In this document: positions 14,464 to 28,089 of the stretch, piece by piece
How the letters are laid out: every line of letters begins with the position of its first letter
Numbering within the stretch: position 1 is the first letter of the stretch
Source of the DNA: Octopus sinensis
Lineage: Eukaryota
Assembly (NCBI RefSeq): GCF_006345805.1
Contig: NC_043013.1
Coordinates: 12,028,001-12,092,000 of the forward strand
Length of the DNA: 64,000 bases
Direction of reading: 5' to 3'
Notes under the pieces: generated by a model
The model's input: the letters and a program-made list of their open reading frames with translations, nothing else
The model's database searches: none
Told to the model about the DNA's origin: nothing
Made by a program: the position numbers and the translations under genes

Positions 14464-15260
14464 TAAGTCTAAAGCAGGAATACATACTGAACCTTCGTAA
14501 AGCATGCGCGTGCTGATCTCATGTTCTGAGAATTTTGTATTTTGCCGTTGTTCTATTATGCGTATATATTTATATACAATTATTCTTATATTCACAGGAT
14601 TATGTATACGTGTGTGTGAGTGAGTGCGTGTGTCAGTGTGCAAGTGTATGTGTATGTGCATTTCATGTTTCTGCAAATGTTTATGTGAGTGTTTCTTTCC
14701 TTATGTATATATATTATATATATATATATATATACAAACACACATATATATATACATATGTATGTGTGTGTGTATGCGTGTGTGTGTGCTTGTGTGTGTA
14801 TGTGAGCATGTATATATATATAAATAAATACATATTCATATATGTATATATACACATATATAGATATACATATACTCATATGCCTATGTTTGTGTATATA
14901 TAGCATACACCCATTTATGCATATAAGCATATATACATCTATGCGTACGATCTTGCTAACGCATAGGCACATCTGGATATAAACGTATACAAACATATGT
15001 ACATGTACTTATATATACAGTAATTGCACTGTTGCATATGTGTATATATATATATGTGTGTGTGCGTGTACATATATGTACTTAGACACACACACAGACA
15101 TATATATATGAGTACACACCCGAAAATACACACCCACGCATACACAAACCTCTTTATGTACGTACAGACATCTATGCATACCAGCATTCAAGGGGACATA
15201 CATATATATTTTCATACATATGTACATACATACGTACATTCATATATTCATACCTACACA

Positions 15261-15301
<41 letters not shown>

Positions 15302-16200
15302 GAAGCAGATGTATCACGTACGATTCCTCACAAGCAGTAATTGCATCGTGTAGACATTATTAGACATAAGTTTTAACCAAAGAAACACCAGCAATAATAG
15401 CTTGTCGTGGATGGAAAGACGACAGGGAAGCGATTGGTGAGTGAGTAGAAAGTGTGCGGAAAGTTAGTGAAAAGTGAGTGGAACGTGGCTGGAATGTATG
15501 TGGAAAACAACATGGCGGTTCTTGTTCATTCATTTCATTTTCTTTCTTCGCCATTTTATTTCGTCTTTACTTTATCATTCAATGTATATTAAGCGAACCT
15601 ACCTTATTTTCCAACACACCCTTGATGTTTTCATTAACTATCTTACCATTATAAGACTGTTTGTATTTTTGCTTCTTGTTTAGGGTTATATTTGTTTATT
15701 ATTTTTTGTTTGTGTGTTGTTTGTATGTAGGTATCTTTGTTATTTTGTTTCTTGTCTGGTTTGTATGTGTGTTTTTTTTCACTTCTGTTGCAATACTGCT
15801 GTTTTATGTCTTCATTGCTTGGTTTTTCGGACTGTTATTGTTGTTGTTGTTGTTTTTATCAATATACGCGTATGTATTTTGATGCATACACACACACAGA
15901 CACACACACATGTAGATATGCATATACATAGAAACATATCTGTATAAATACATATATATATATATATACATATATATACTTACACATAAATCTATATATA
16001 TATATATATATAATTAATTATATATATATATATATACATATATATACATATATATACATATGATATTGCATACATATATATACTTACACACATACATGTA
16101 CAAAGATATATATATATAAACATATACGTAAATACATGGATGTGTATCATTGTGTGTGTGTGTCTGTGTCTGTCTGTGTGCGTGCGTTTGTGTAGGCATG

Positions 16201-16236
<36 letters not shown>

Positions 16237-16506
16237 TTGTCTTTGTATTGTTGTGTGATAATGTGTATGTTCAGTTGATATTAATATGTATGAAACTATG
16301 TTTTTGTTCACATATATCCATACATAATACATATATACGTACGCATAACGCATGTATGTAAGTATATATGTATGCACGTATATATGTATGTGTGTACTAT
16401 GTAGGTACGTACGTATCTATGTACAAGCATATTCCAAAACAAAAACATCATAAAAATGTGTATGTACGTGTCTCTGTCCATATACATATGCATGTATCTG
16501 TGTGTT

Positions 16507-16548
<42 letters not shown>

Positions 16549-16655
16549 TATCATTGTTAATGTTGTTTCTACTTTTATTACAGCAAAACGTCATATGGAA
16601 TCATTGCGTACATTAAATATTGCATTCATCTTGTGTGACAGACACACACTTGCTT

Positions 16656-16689
<34 letters not shown>

Positions 16690-17090
16690 TACACAAGCAC
16701 GCACAGATACACACACTACTCGTGCACACACAAGCAAATACGCATTCGCACAACCAAAAATATATAATCAGACACACATTTTCATTAAGCGCAATATTTT
16801 CCTTATAAAGCTTACTTCTTTGGAATGATGCAAACAGAATATTGTGATAGATATATACATTTTGTCTCTCACATTATATATATATATATATACTCACACA
16901 CATTTATATGTATATAGCTAAGCATTTATATATGCATACATATGTCTGTGTGCATGTATAACTATATGTATATGTATATATAGATATATATAAGTATATA
17001 TATACAGATATATAGTAATATTATTATATATTTACATATGCATATATACACATATACATATATATATTAATATATATATATGTATGTATG

Positions 17091-17125
<35 letters not shown>

Positions 17126-17649
17126 TATAATATATATATATTATATATATATATAATATATATTATGTATATTATATATATATGTATATATATTATATAT
17201 ATGTATAATGAGATAAAAGACAAAGACCATTACTTCTGTTCCTTAATTTGAACTGTAACATATGTTTCTGTATTCGGCAACACATGACGTTACACTAGAT
17301 ATGCCACTAGGAGATGCCTGTTATAGGACTCTAAGGATGTGTTTCCTCCATACTCGCCCTGTAAGTTGTATTTCCTATTCTATCTCCATCGTGTCGTAGT
17401 GTCTTGCTGAATACCTGTCCAATTTATAGCAATTGGAATAAAAGCGGACGAAGGTATGGCCATTATTTTTTCTTGAATTATTATTGTTCTGCTTCTATGA
17501 CGTCATAGTCCACGTTCCGATACAGATAAATTGTGTACAAGCGACGTTTGGAGTGTAACGCAATTAGCATTTGGGATGAAACCTGAATTATTTAATTGTC
17601 GCTCGTTGAGCGCATCCAGTTATAGGTGTCTATCTATCTTCATCTTCGG

Positions 17650-17860
17650 TTCATCTGTGTGTTTGCAAAATTACCGAAAAACGGCTCAACGAATTTTCAC
17701 CAAACTTGGTAGAAATACTCAATGGGCTAGTGGCCCAAACACATTAAATTTTGGTTTCATTATTTTCAAAACTGGCGGATGGATGAATCAAAATGTCTTT
17801 TTTTTTTGTTACATATGCTTAAACGATAAGCAGAGTAAATAACACTTGATATAATTTTGA
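17650..17860 (+). mobile_element. Possible Helentron-associated (HINE/DINE-1-like) non-autonomous fragment
   Basis: ctgtgtgtttgcaaaattaccgaaaaacggctcaacgaattttcaccaaacttggtag resembles the core of DINE-1-like elements; recognition by eye only. Confidence 0.35.
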
Positions 17861-18259
17861 TGAAATAAGAATTCATCTGAGAATATATTGATTTTATACT
17901 TGTGTGTGTGCAGGGTATGCATCGATTATCCGATGCCTTTTCTTTTTTTCATTATGATCGTGGTTTCCTTCATCAGTTATCAACTACAACAAAATCTTGT
18001 ACGAGCATCATTCACTGAATCACACAGGATAGAAAACTCCCGCAAGATCTTATACTTTTTATACTAGGTGACATTTTCTGGTTTAAACATCTACCATTTC
18101 AACGTCCTTTCAAAACGTTACTTCTTACACAATCTCCAATGAACATACCTAGGTAGGTTGTCATACCTCATTTTACAAATTTTCTGCGCGCACTCACACT
18201 ATGTGAGACTTGAACTTTTGATGCCACACATCCTATGAAGGTGTGATTCAGTACCTATA

Positions 18260-18480
18260 TCTGGATAATATCGACTTTGATTGCATCATTTCGAGGGCTG
18301 GTTAAATAATTTCGGGGTCGATGTAATCGACTTCCCCGTATCCTCAAAAACTGCTTTCCTTGTACCAAGATTTGAAACCGTAAGGCGGCAAGCTGGCAGA
18401 ATCATTAGTACCGGGCAAAATGCTTCGCAACATTTCTTCTGGCTTTACGTTCTGATTTCAAATTCCGCCGAGGCCATCTT
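18260..18480 (+). mobile_element. SINE family B fragments (3' part followed by a new head)
   Basis: ggggtcgatgtaatcgact... then aggcggcaagctggcagaatcattag...tcaaattccgccgagg. Confidence 0.7.
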
Positions 18481-18852
18481 GGCATCTATAAAATAGTCCT
18501 CAGTTTACAGTGGAGTCGATTGACATGACTTCCACATCCACTACCATTTCAAGTCAGGTGCTTGAAGTAGAAACAATTATTATTTTAGCAATTACGAAAT
18601 ACATCTCATTGAATATATTTGTTTTATTAAAACCTCATGAGTAACTGGTTTAACAGATACTGATGAGGTTTCGTACACACTACGTACAAAAGCTATACGC
18701 TTTCCTTTACTTAGTGTCACTGAGACAGATGTACCAAATATATAAATGTATTTCCTAGCAACAAAACACTTTGATTGCCATCGCTGGCTGAAAAGTCTTT
18801 GAGTACGGTTTTTGTGAAAAACTGATCTATTGATTTTTGATTCATATCACAG

Positions 18853-18889
18853 GTGAGCGAGACAATCTATGAGCAAATATTTTCCAACC
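18853..18889 (+). CDS. Candidate 37-nt internal exon (phase 0 to 1), VSETIYEQIFSN; product unknown
   Basis: Acceptor ttcatatcacag| and donor |gtgagc; only one frame is open. The acceptor could equally be read as a donor. Confidence 0.2.
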
Positions 18890-19153
18890 GTGAGCTTCCC
18901 ATATGTTTCAAGGCATATTATATCTAGGAATCACGCTATTAAACGTTTTATTATTATTTTACAGGATGTATCTACAGACATATATGTGTGGTTGAGAAGT
19001 TTGCTGTGGAAACACCTTGTTTCCAGTTCAGTCTCCTACACAACGGTATATATATATATATATGTGTGTATGTGTGAGTGTGTGTGTGTATGTGTGTATG
19101 TGTGTGTGTGTGTGTACGTATGTGTATAATATGTATGTATGTATGTATGTGTG

Positions 19154-19530
19154 CTAAGTAATGCTTGTCAACCACATGGTTACGGGTTTAGTTTCACCGG
19201 GTGGCGCTTTGGGCAAGTGTCGTCTACTATAGCCTCGAGTCGACGAAAGCCTTGTGAGTGGATTTGGTAGACGGAAAGTGTAAGAAGCCCGTCGTTTATA
19301 TATGTTTATACATGTGTGTGTGTGTGTGTGTTTTGTCCCCCAACATCGCTTCACAACCGATGCCGTTTTGCTAACGTCTCCGTAGCTTAGCGATTCGGCA
19401 AAAGAGACCAATAGAATAAGTACTAGTCTTACAAAGAATAAATCCTGGGGTCGATTTGCTCGACTGAGGGCGGTGGTCTAGCATAGTGCAGTCAAATGGC
19501 TGAAATAAATAATAGAACAAAAGAATATGT
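19154..19530 (+). mobile_element. SINE family A, near full length
   Basis: Collinear with the reverse complement of 10190-10648 and with 30275-30665. Confidence 0.9.
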
Positions 19531-19599
19531 AATTACACACGTGGGGTTTTTTGGGGTTTTTTTTTCTTCTCTAGACTTTCACACAAATGCCAGTTTAAT

Positions 19600-19927
19600 T
19601 TAATTCGTCCTTAATCCTGTTATTTGCATTTGTTGTTGTTAATGTCCTGTTATTTGCATTTGTATTTGTGTACCATTTCTCTGTATTTTTTCCGTCCTTG
19701 TCTTCATATACATTCACTGCTTTCTTCAAAGGAGTCTAGTGCTTTTAGCATAGTTTTTCTTTGAGGCTAGCTAGATTGGAGCAATCACGAGTACAAGCAG
19801 CCGAAATTGCAAAGATAATCAAGAATTCGACTGAGGAAAATAAACTCCGAATACCTGTCTTTGTTTTTTCTTGTCCCTTTTGTATCGTATAACTGTCTGG
19901 ATGTTTGCGCTCCTGTCCCAATTCTTG

Positions 19928-19930
<3 letters not shown>
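19600..19930 (+). mobile_element. PLE-like T-rich terminal segment with hairpin and HHR-like motifs, ending in (AT)n
   Basis: Hairpin 19724-33/19757-66, GAAA at 19803, CUGAGGA at 19831, T-rich tail abutting (AT)n at about 19930; same layout as 24400-24765. Confidence 0.45.
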
Positions 19931-19997
<67 letters not shown>

Positions 19998-20035
19998 ATG
20001 TATGTATGTATATCGATATATATATATAGTATATG

Positions 20036-20081
<46 letters not shown>

Positions 20082-20289
20082 CTATGTATGTATATATATC
20101 TATATGTATATTTATGTATATTTATATATATTATATATTATCTAATATATGTATATATATGTATATATATTATATATGTGTAATACATATATAATGCATA
20201 CCATATATATATATATATATGCATATATATACATATATACATACATGCATACATACATATGTGTATGTGTTTTTGTGCGTATGTACGTG

Positions 20290-20490
20290 TGTGTTATTTG
20301 TTCATTTGTTGCTTGACAGCCGGTGTTCGTTTGTTTACGTCCCCGTAGCTTAACTGCTCAGCAAAAAGGACAGGTAAAATAAGAACCAGATTTTTAAGAA
20401 ATAAGTAGAGGTGTCAATTTTCTTTTTCTTTAACTCCGTTAAGGCATAGTTGATCTTGTATGACTGAAACAAGTAAAAGATAAAAGATAA
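20290..20490 (+). mobile_element. SINE family A, 3' half
   Basis: gcttgacagccggtgtt...tttacgtccccgtagcttaac...gactgaaacaagtaaaagataaaagataa. Confidence 0.75.
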
Positions 20491-21448
20491 GTACAAAGTG
20501 TTATTTGACGTAGATTCAGCTGCTATTTTTAGCCTATTGAGCTGCCACAGTATTTTTGTTGTTGCCGTTTACATTCGAGCATATCCTCTAATTGAAAGCT
20601 CTTCAGCCGCCACACGTCCACAGTTCAATTTATCATGCCATCATTAAAGACTACTAATCACGCTGTAACGTAGCAAATAGTTTAAGGGTGAATTAGCTGC
20701 TATTTTTAACAGATTGTTTGACATTGTAGTGGTACTTACTTTCCTGTTGTAGTTGTTGTTGCTCTTGTTCTTGTTGTTATGGTCGGAAACAATCCAAATA
20801 TGGCTACGCTGGATCTGAATGATATACAGTTATCGTAAGTGGCGTTATCCAAAGGCAGAACGCATTGGATACTAGCCAACGGGGGAACCTGCGCTGTACC
20901 ACTGTTTACTAGATATATATAACAGCAACAACAGACAAATTTCCTTCATCACACAATCTACTATCTTCAAAACTAGACAATAAAACACAGAATGATATAT
21001 TGATATTTTTCTAGGTAGATAGTACTTACTAAACCGACAAGGAAACCTTCAGATCTATTTTAGCGGACACCTGTTGCATATCTGTGACAGATCGATTTAA
21101 AAGAAAAAGAAAAAAGAAAAAAAACTCAATAACGTTTCTAACCGAGAGAAAAAACAACAACAAAAAAAAACACGTAGGGAAAGAATGAGATAGCGAGTGA
21201 TAGAGACAGAGACCCAAATAAGCCTGTCTTTCATGTAGAACAAGTCGTGCGGTACATGCAGATAAAACATACGCTAGAAAGCGCCGGGTCACGAAGATCA
21301 TTTGAATTAATCGACTAAGGATTTATATAATACATGAATCAAAAACAAAAACAACAATAAAGAAAACACAATCCAGAACAGACAGAACTGTATATATATA
21401 TAATATTATGTGTAATATATATATCTATATATATATATATATAATATA

Positions 21449-21495
<47 letters not shown>

Positions 21496-22099
21496 CATGT
21501 ATGTATGTATGTATGTATGTATGTATAGATTATATATGTACATATCTGCCGTTTTATTTCAATGGAGATATATGTTCAGTGAAGCAGTAATGAATTCACA
21601 TATCACGAAAAGCCGATGGAGGAATCTCTATAACAGTGGCTAGAGGTGCTAGAAATAACAACCAAATCTAATAGAAATCGTCTGCTACTTCACGTATAAA
21701 GAAAAATCAACAGAAGAAACGCAATCGTTTTCTAACTTCTGGATGAAGTAGCAAAATTCTCCCCCACCCCACCCTAATCACCTAGCATTACAAAGAAAAA
21801 AATGAAAAATCGAATGCCTACGAATGGCATAGGACACATTCGCTTCTTTGCTTCTTTCAGAAGAAACCAATAAGTAGCAGGTGTATCCTGTCATTCTATT
21901 ACCAGATCCAATCATTATCGCGGTGTGATGCCTTGTGTAGCTCATTTACTCTGAGAGCCTTGCCAACTGGGTGCAAGCTCCTTGTTAAACTTCTAATGCA
22001 GTATAAAGGATACACTAAATATGAACAACGTCTTTCTCGTCATAAACATGGATTTGCGTTGGACCAATATCCCTTCCAAGTAAAAAAGTAAGGTTACGA

Positions 22100-22320
22100 A
22101 AACATCGATGACAATTTAAAGCCAAAGAGACTGAGGAGAATAAGGTTTTTTTTCAGGGAAACATGTGATGCACTGCAACAAAATCCAAATAGAAAGCGTT
22201 AAGTAAAGGAAGGGATCGTGGAAGAGGAAAGCAGGAAAAGACAGCCAAAAGTCGATGGCGAACAATGGAAAGAAGTCAGTGATGGCGTATGTTCCAAAGG
22301 GAGAGAGTGATTTAAAGACA
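22100..22320 (+). mobile_element. Possible RTE-clade LINE 3' relic
   Basis: Translation ALQQNPNRKR...DGEQWKEVSDGVCSKGRE* resembles RTE C-termini (AL.WNP.GKR...DR..W...V.GLCS). Confidence 0.4.
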
Positions 22321-22394
22321 AAAAGAAAGTATCCTTTCTTTGGTAAAGACGGTAAGCTTTGTTATGAGGGACATTTTAGATTCTAACACTATAA

Positions 22395-22800
22395 GGCGGC
22401 GAGCTGGCAGAAACGTAAGCACGCCGGGCGAAATGCTGAGCGGTATTTCGTCTGTGCTACGTTCTGAGTTCAAATTCCGCCGAGGTCGACTTTGCCTTTC
22501 ATCCTTTCGGGGGTCGATAAATTAAGTACCAGTGACGCACTGGGGTCGATGTAATCGACTTAATCCGTTTGTCTGTACTTGTTTGTCCCCTCTATGTTTA
22601 GCCCCTTGTGGGTAGTAAATAAATAGGTATTTCGTCTGATGTTACATTCTGAGTAACATCAGACGTTCCGCTGAGGTCGACTTTGGCTTTCATCCTTTCG
22701 GGGTCGATAAATTAAGTACCAGTTACGCACTGGGGTCGATGTGATTGTTTGTCCCCTCTATGTTTAGCCCCTTGTGGACCATAAAGAAATAAAGAAATAA
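22395..22800 (+). mobile_element. SINE family B, full copy plus tandem partial copy, with 16-bp TSD
   Basis: ggcggcgagctggcagaaacg head; central gtcgactttgcctttcatcctttcggggtcgataaattaagtaccag (Meta/MESC-like domain by resemblance) present twice; TSD gattctaacactataa at 22379-94 and 22801-16. Confidence 0.92.
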
Positions 22801-22869
22801 GATTCTAACACTATAAACTCACGAAGTTCGTGCTACTTGAACGTACATCTTTCTATTACTTCATGGTTC

Positions 22870-23060
22870 ATGAAGACACCATTGCCACTCCAGAAAGAGG
22901 GCCTATACTAGATTGTGCAACCTGCATTAGAAGCCATATAAATGTCAAATCAGATACTAACGTTGTAATAAAAGACAGATCATGCAGTGTTGTCCTTGAT
23001 ACCTTGGAAAAACAATAAAAAAATTGGAAAAGATGATGCGGTTTATCATCGGTTTCTTAC
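22870..23060 (+). mobile_element. Possible PLE reverse-transcriptase N-terminal relic
   Basis: KSDTNVVIKDRSCSVVLDT resembles the PLE motif (N)DDIVIKPADKG..VV.LD; short and weak. Confidence 0.3.
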
Positions 23061-23099
23061 TCAAGGATTGCTTCGAGTTACGGCAATAATATTACTTTT

Positions 23100-23310
23100 T
23101 ACTATAGGCATAAGGTCTGCTACGTGCGAGGAGAGGGTTAGAGGATTACATTGAACCAAACGTTCGACTGGTACTTAATACTATCGAACGTGAGGGGAGG
23201 AAAAGCTAAGTCTGCCTCGGCGGAGTTTGAACCCACACCGTAAAGACAAGCGAAATGACGCTAAGTATTTCCCCCGGCATGTTAAGGATTCTGCCAGTTT
23301 GCCGCCTTAA
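23100..23310 (-). mobile_element. SINE family B copy
   Basis: Reverse complement of aggcggcaaactggcagaatcc...gggttcaaactccgccgaggcagact...gtaccagtcgaac. Confidence 0.75.
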
Positions 23311-23378
23311 TTAAGGCAATAATAGTAATACCAGTAATATCAACAACACTTCTTAGAATTCAGCTTGCTGTGAAAAGA

Positions 23379-23430
<52 letters not shown>

Positions 23431-23441
23431 GTGATGCTGCT

Positions 23442-23472
<31 letters not shown>

Positions 23473-23595
23473 ATGATGGTTGTGATGATGATGATGATGA
23501 TGATGGCTGTGATGTTGATGATGATGATGATGATGATGATGCTGGTTGTGATGATGATGGTGATGATAATGATGATGATGATGATGATGATATCA
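23379..23595 (+). repeat. (GAT)n/(GCT)n microsatellite
   Basis: Direct tandem repeat. Confidence 0.95.
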
Positions 23596-24191
23596 TCTAA
23601 ATGATAAAACTTCAGTATACATTAACCAAGCGAATCCAGGTGCTTCGTCTTCGGCTTGATGAAAACCCAAGTTAACAGAGCTAACATAATTATGAAAATT
23701 AAGTGTTTCAGAAATCATATACTGCCTCTGACGTTACACCAACAAATTTACCTATAGTGTAGCGAATGAGGCACTGGGAGACACAAAATGAACCGAGATA
23801 CTAAAATCCCGAACAAAAACCTTACCGTCGCCATACTTTTTATATCAGCCTTTCAGTCGGAGGTCGTCTGCACTTCTCTCCTAGCTCACTTACGGAACTC
23901 ACTGGAAAATCATGGCAAATGGATCTGTCATTGTGTATAGTATAAATAAATATTGATACATTAACTAATTTGGCAGGAAGTAAGCTCCAGGAATCGAGGT
24001 GTAGGAAGAAAGTTAGCTTCAAGCAATCCGTAGTAAATATTAAAAAAGAACTTTCAAGGACAATTGATTTATTGAGACAGATGGTTGTGGAATTTTTTCG
24101 TGTCGAAGTACTACAAAATGAAAAATTTTCTTTCTATATATCACGGTAGGCGACCAGGGTTGCCAAGTGCGAAAAAGAATAGAATGGTTAT

Positions 24192-24343
24192 GGAATAGAG
24201 TATATAAGACCCGGGGTACATATTTTTCATAGCGAGTGGAACCTCAAAAAGTGGTAAATATCCACCTCACTTGGATATTTACCACTTTTGAGGTTCCGCA
24301 CACAATGAATCATATGTAGCCCGGATCTTATGTATACTATTCC
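24192..24343. mobile_element. Fold-back (palindromic MITE-like) element, about 72-bp arms and 7-nt loop
   Basis: ggaatagagtatataagacccggggtacata...ggaacctcaaaaagtggtaaatatcca (24192-264) is the near reverse complement of tggatatttaccacttttgaggttcc...cccggatcttatgtatactattcc (24272-343). Confidence 0.75.
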
Positions 24344-24399
24344 GTGTGTATATACGCAAACTCGTACTTTTCTTGCGCTCCGAATTTTTCCATCGTCTA

Positions 24400-24864
<465 letters not shown>

Positions 24865-25715
24865 ATATATGTATATATGCATGTATATATACATATAGAT
24901 GTAGGTGCGTACATATATGTATGTATGTATGCATATATTTTAATTATTAAATTATTATATGTATATGTGTGTATATAAGGAACATCGTTGATTGGTGTTT
25001 AGGAAATTTGTATTTCATGATTGGCAATTGTTTCCACAATCAGGCGATGGCTCTTCTCACATTATGTTTACAGATACGTATTATTATTCTTAGCGGTTCC
25101 GATGAGACAATTCCATAGGCTGTAATGTAATACACATTACCTAGACTATATTACTCCAGCATTGCTAAAATACATGTCTATAGACATAATGTGTGAATAG
25201 TCATCACTTCTCAACAATGAAATCAATAAAATATCATAAACTCCAATCTTCAATTTTCATTATTTATACTCTACAACGGAAGTGAAGCGTATGCATTTTC
25301 TGTATATTGAAGACCTCAATATACTGCCGTCTGTGTGAGTGTTTCCAGAGACAAACGCTGAATTATCTTCTACCTACAAATCTACAATATATATACATGT
25401 GTATATGCGTGTGTGTGTGGTGTACATATATTGTATATTAAGGAAAAGGGGGCAGTCAGAATTTTGGAGTCAGAAGCACTCATATTTTTCATAAGCTCTA
25501 CTAGCAGAAAGGAATTCTTAAAGTAAATCCAATGCCATATACTTCCATAATGTTGTTGACATCAGGTGGACGAATTCTGTGACCGGACTTTAAACAGCAT
25601 ACAACAAGGTGTATACAGGAATATAAGATAATTATTGCACACAGACACACACATACAAATATACACACACACATATACAAATATATACAAACATACATAT
25701 ATATATAAATATATA

Positions 25716-25746
<31 letters not shown>

Positions 25747-25774
25747 ATATGTATGTATGTATATTACAAAAATC

Positions 25775-26012
25775 TTTTTTTTCGTAATGAGATTTAAAAA
25801 AACCAAGGCTGTGTAGATTTTAGAACATTTATAAATAGGTCTCACAGCTGTTTCTAGGATATTTATTATATCCCTTCATTACTTAACCATTTTCTCACAC
25901 CGTCTCCGATGAAGGGATATAATAAATATCCTTGAAACAGATGTAAGACCTTCTATTTATAAATGTTCTAAAATGTACACAGCCTTGGTTTTTATCTCAT
26001 TACGAAAAAAAA
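25775..26012. mobile_element. Inverted repeat (about 105-bp arms, 29-nt spacer) of a PLE-type terminus carrying an HHR
   Basis: 25775-25879 is the near reverse complement of 25909-26012. Confidence 0.8.
25902..25949 (+). ncRNA. Type I hammerhead ribozyme with one core substitution (CCGAUGA), probably impaired
   Basis: Stem I GUCU/AGAC; CCGAUGA(25906-12); stem II AGGGAUA/UAUCCUU with loop UAAUAAA; GAAA(25934-37); stem III AC/GU with loop AGAU; GUA triplet ending at 25945. Confidence 0.7.
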
Positions 26013-26199
26013 ATGTTTATATACACATGCTGATGTATGACCTAAGTTGGACCCCTTATTCGCATAATCACCGAATTTGGAACTTAACTATGGTCTAGCC
26101 ATAGCATTTATTCAGCATTACCTGACACCTTTGGGTCTCACTGACACCATTACCTCTCATAACCTCATAATCATATATTACAAAAAATCGTAAGATAGT

Positions 26200-26527
26200 C
26201 AGCTGCGAGACGATTGGAATTAAATTTATCCAAATTCTCGAGCTAGGTGTAGGTATTTAGTACCAAAGTCCTCAACGTCTAGTGTATCGGACCACTATTG
26301 TAACAGCCTAAGGTTCAAATCATACACAGATTTTTAATATCTCAACGAAACACATTAGCCAAATCTTTGGCTAAATTCAAAGAATAACTGGTCAATATTT
26401 ACGCTGGATAACAGACGAACCGTTGTAAGGGCAATAATATCCAATACTGTAATTCACCAGAACCACCCAAGTAAAGGAAATTTATTAAAAAATTACATCA
26501 ATGGTGGTGCCCCAGCATGACCAGAAC
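26200..26527 (+). mobile_element. CR1/L2-like LINE 3' relic
   Basis: Frameshifted RCRYLVPK...DHYCNSLRFK...WITDEP...SNTVIHQ, followed by ggtggtgccccagcatgaccag; homologous to 43655-43990 (-). Confidence 0.65.
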
Positions 26528-26717
26528 ATACATACATGCATATATACATATTACATATAGAGAGAGATATGTATCAATGCACGCTATATCTCTATCATAT
26601 ATATTATATATATATAATATATATATATATATGTACATGTACGTAAGTTTAAATATATGTATGTATGTTTGTATGTATGTGTTTATATATATGTACACAC
26701 ATACACACACACACACA

Positions 26718-26762
<45 letters not shown>

Positions 26763-27064
26763 CATGTATGCATAAACAAATGCATATATATATATATATA
26801 TATATATATGCATGTATCAATGTATGTATGCATGTATGTATACATATATTCATACTCGTTTGCATATATGTATAGTTATATATAATCACACACACACATA
26901 TATTTATGTATATACATATACATATATACATATATATATAAATAGATATGTATATGCATATGCATATATACATAAATATATGTGCGTGTGATTATACATA
27001 CATATACATATATATATATTTATATACGTGTATATATATACACATATATATATATATATACGCG

Positions 27065-27111
<47 letters not shown>

Positions 27112-27592
27112 CGCGTATATAAACACGTATCCTCACGTATGCACATGCTTTGTTTGAGACTAGATTCAACGACAGCTGTAATGAAATATCGTTGTAGTGC
27201 TTATGTTCCGTTCCACTTCCTCTACGTTGTCGAGTCTTCCTAGATACTCTTCCAAGTGTTGAAATCTACTAATGCAGAACACTGCGATGCAATGAAAACG
27301 AAACCAGTGGTACGTAGTATGTAAGTGTATGCGTGCGCTTATGTGATTAAGTGTGATTGCGTATTGTGTGTGGTGTCTGTGTGTGTATGTGTGTGTGTGT
27401 GAGGTTGTGAATGTTTGTGTGCGATTGAGTTTATGTTTGCGAGTGTATGTATGTCTATGTGTGTGTGTGCGTGTGTGGTTTCTAGACTTTGTACATATAC
27501 TCATATAGGAGAATCTGTTCTTTTGCAAGTTCTTTCAAGTCTACAAGTCTATATTGTATTTGTTGTTATACATACATACTTATATACATGCA

Positions 27593-27641
<49 letters not shown>

Positions 27642-27684
27642 ATATATGTACACATATATGTGTGTGTATTTGTATGTGAGTATG

Positions 27685-27721
<37 letters not shown>

Positions 27722-27726
27722 GTATA

Positions 27727-27776
<50 letters not shown>

Positions 27777-28089
27777 GTATATATATATATGTATGTGTGT
27801 GTGTGTAATCTATATATTAACATATGTTTCTATGCATGTACGTATGAACATGTGCATGTCTGGAAGTGTGTGCTAACGTGTGTATATGTGCGTCTGCCTG
27901 CCTGCGCGTGTGTGCGTGTGTGTTTTCTTTTTAACTTTTACTTCTGGACAAGGGAATAAAGGAGAATACTCAACATTTTAAATTTTTATGTATATAACGG
28001 AATGGAATTTGAATCTCCGAATTTGTCGTATTTAATCCTCAGTCAATAATGAACGCATTTGGAAAATAAATATATTTTATATCATCCAT

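Noticed and set aside
17957-17976. Minus-strand CUGAUGA-AG-GAAAC
   Set aside because: No stem II, stem III or stem I.
20753-20834. Possible exon VVALVLVVMVGNNPNMATLDLNDIQL with |gtaagt donor
   Set aside because: The 5' half is a (GTT)n-derived tract and no product is recognisable.
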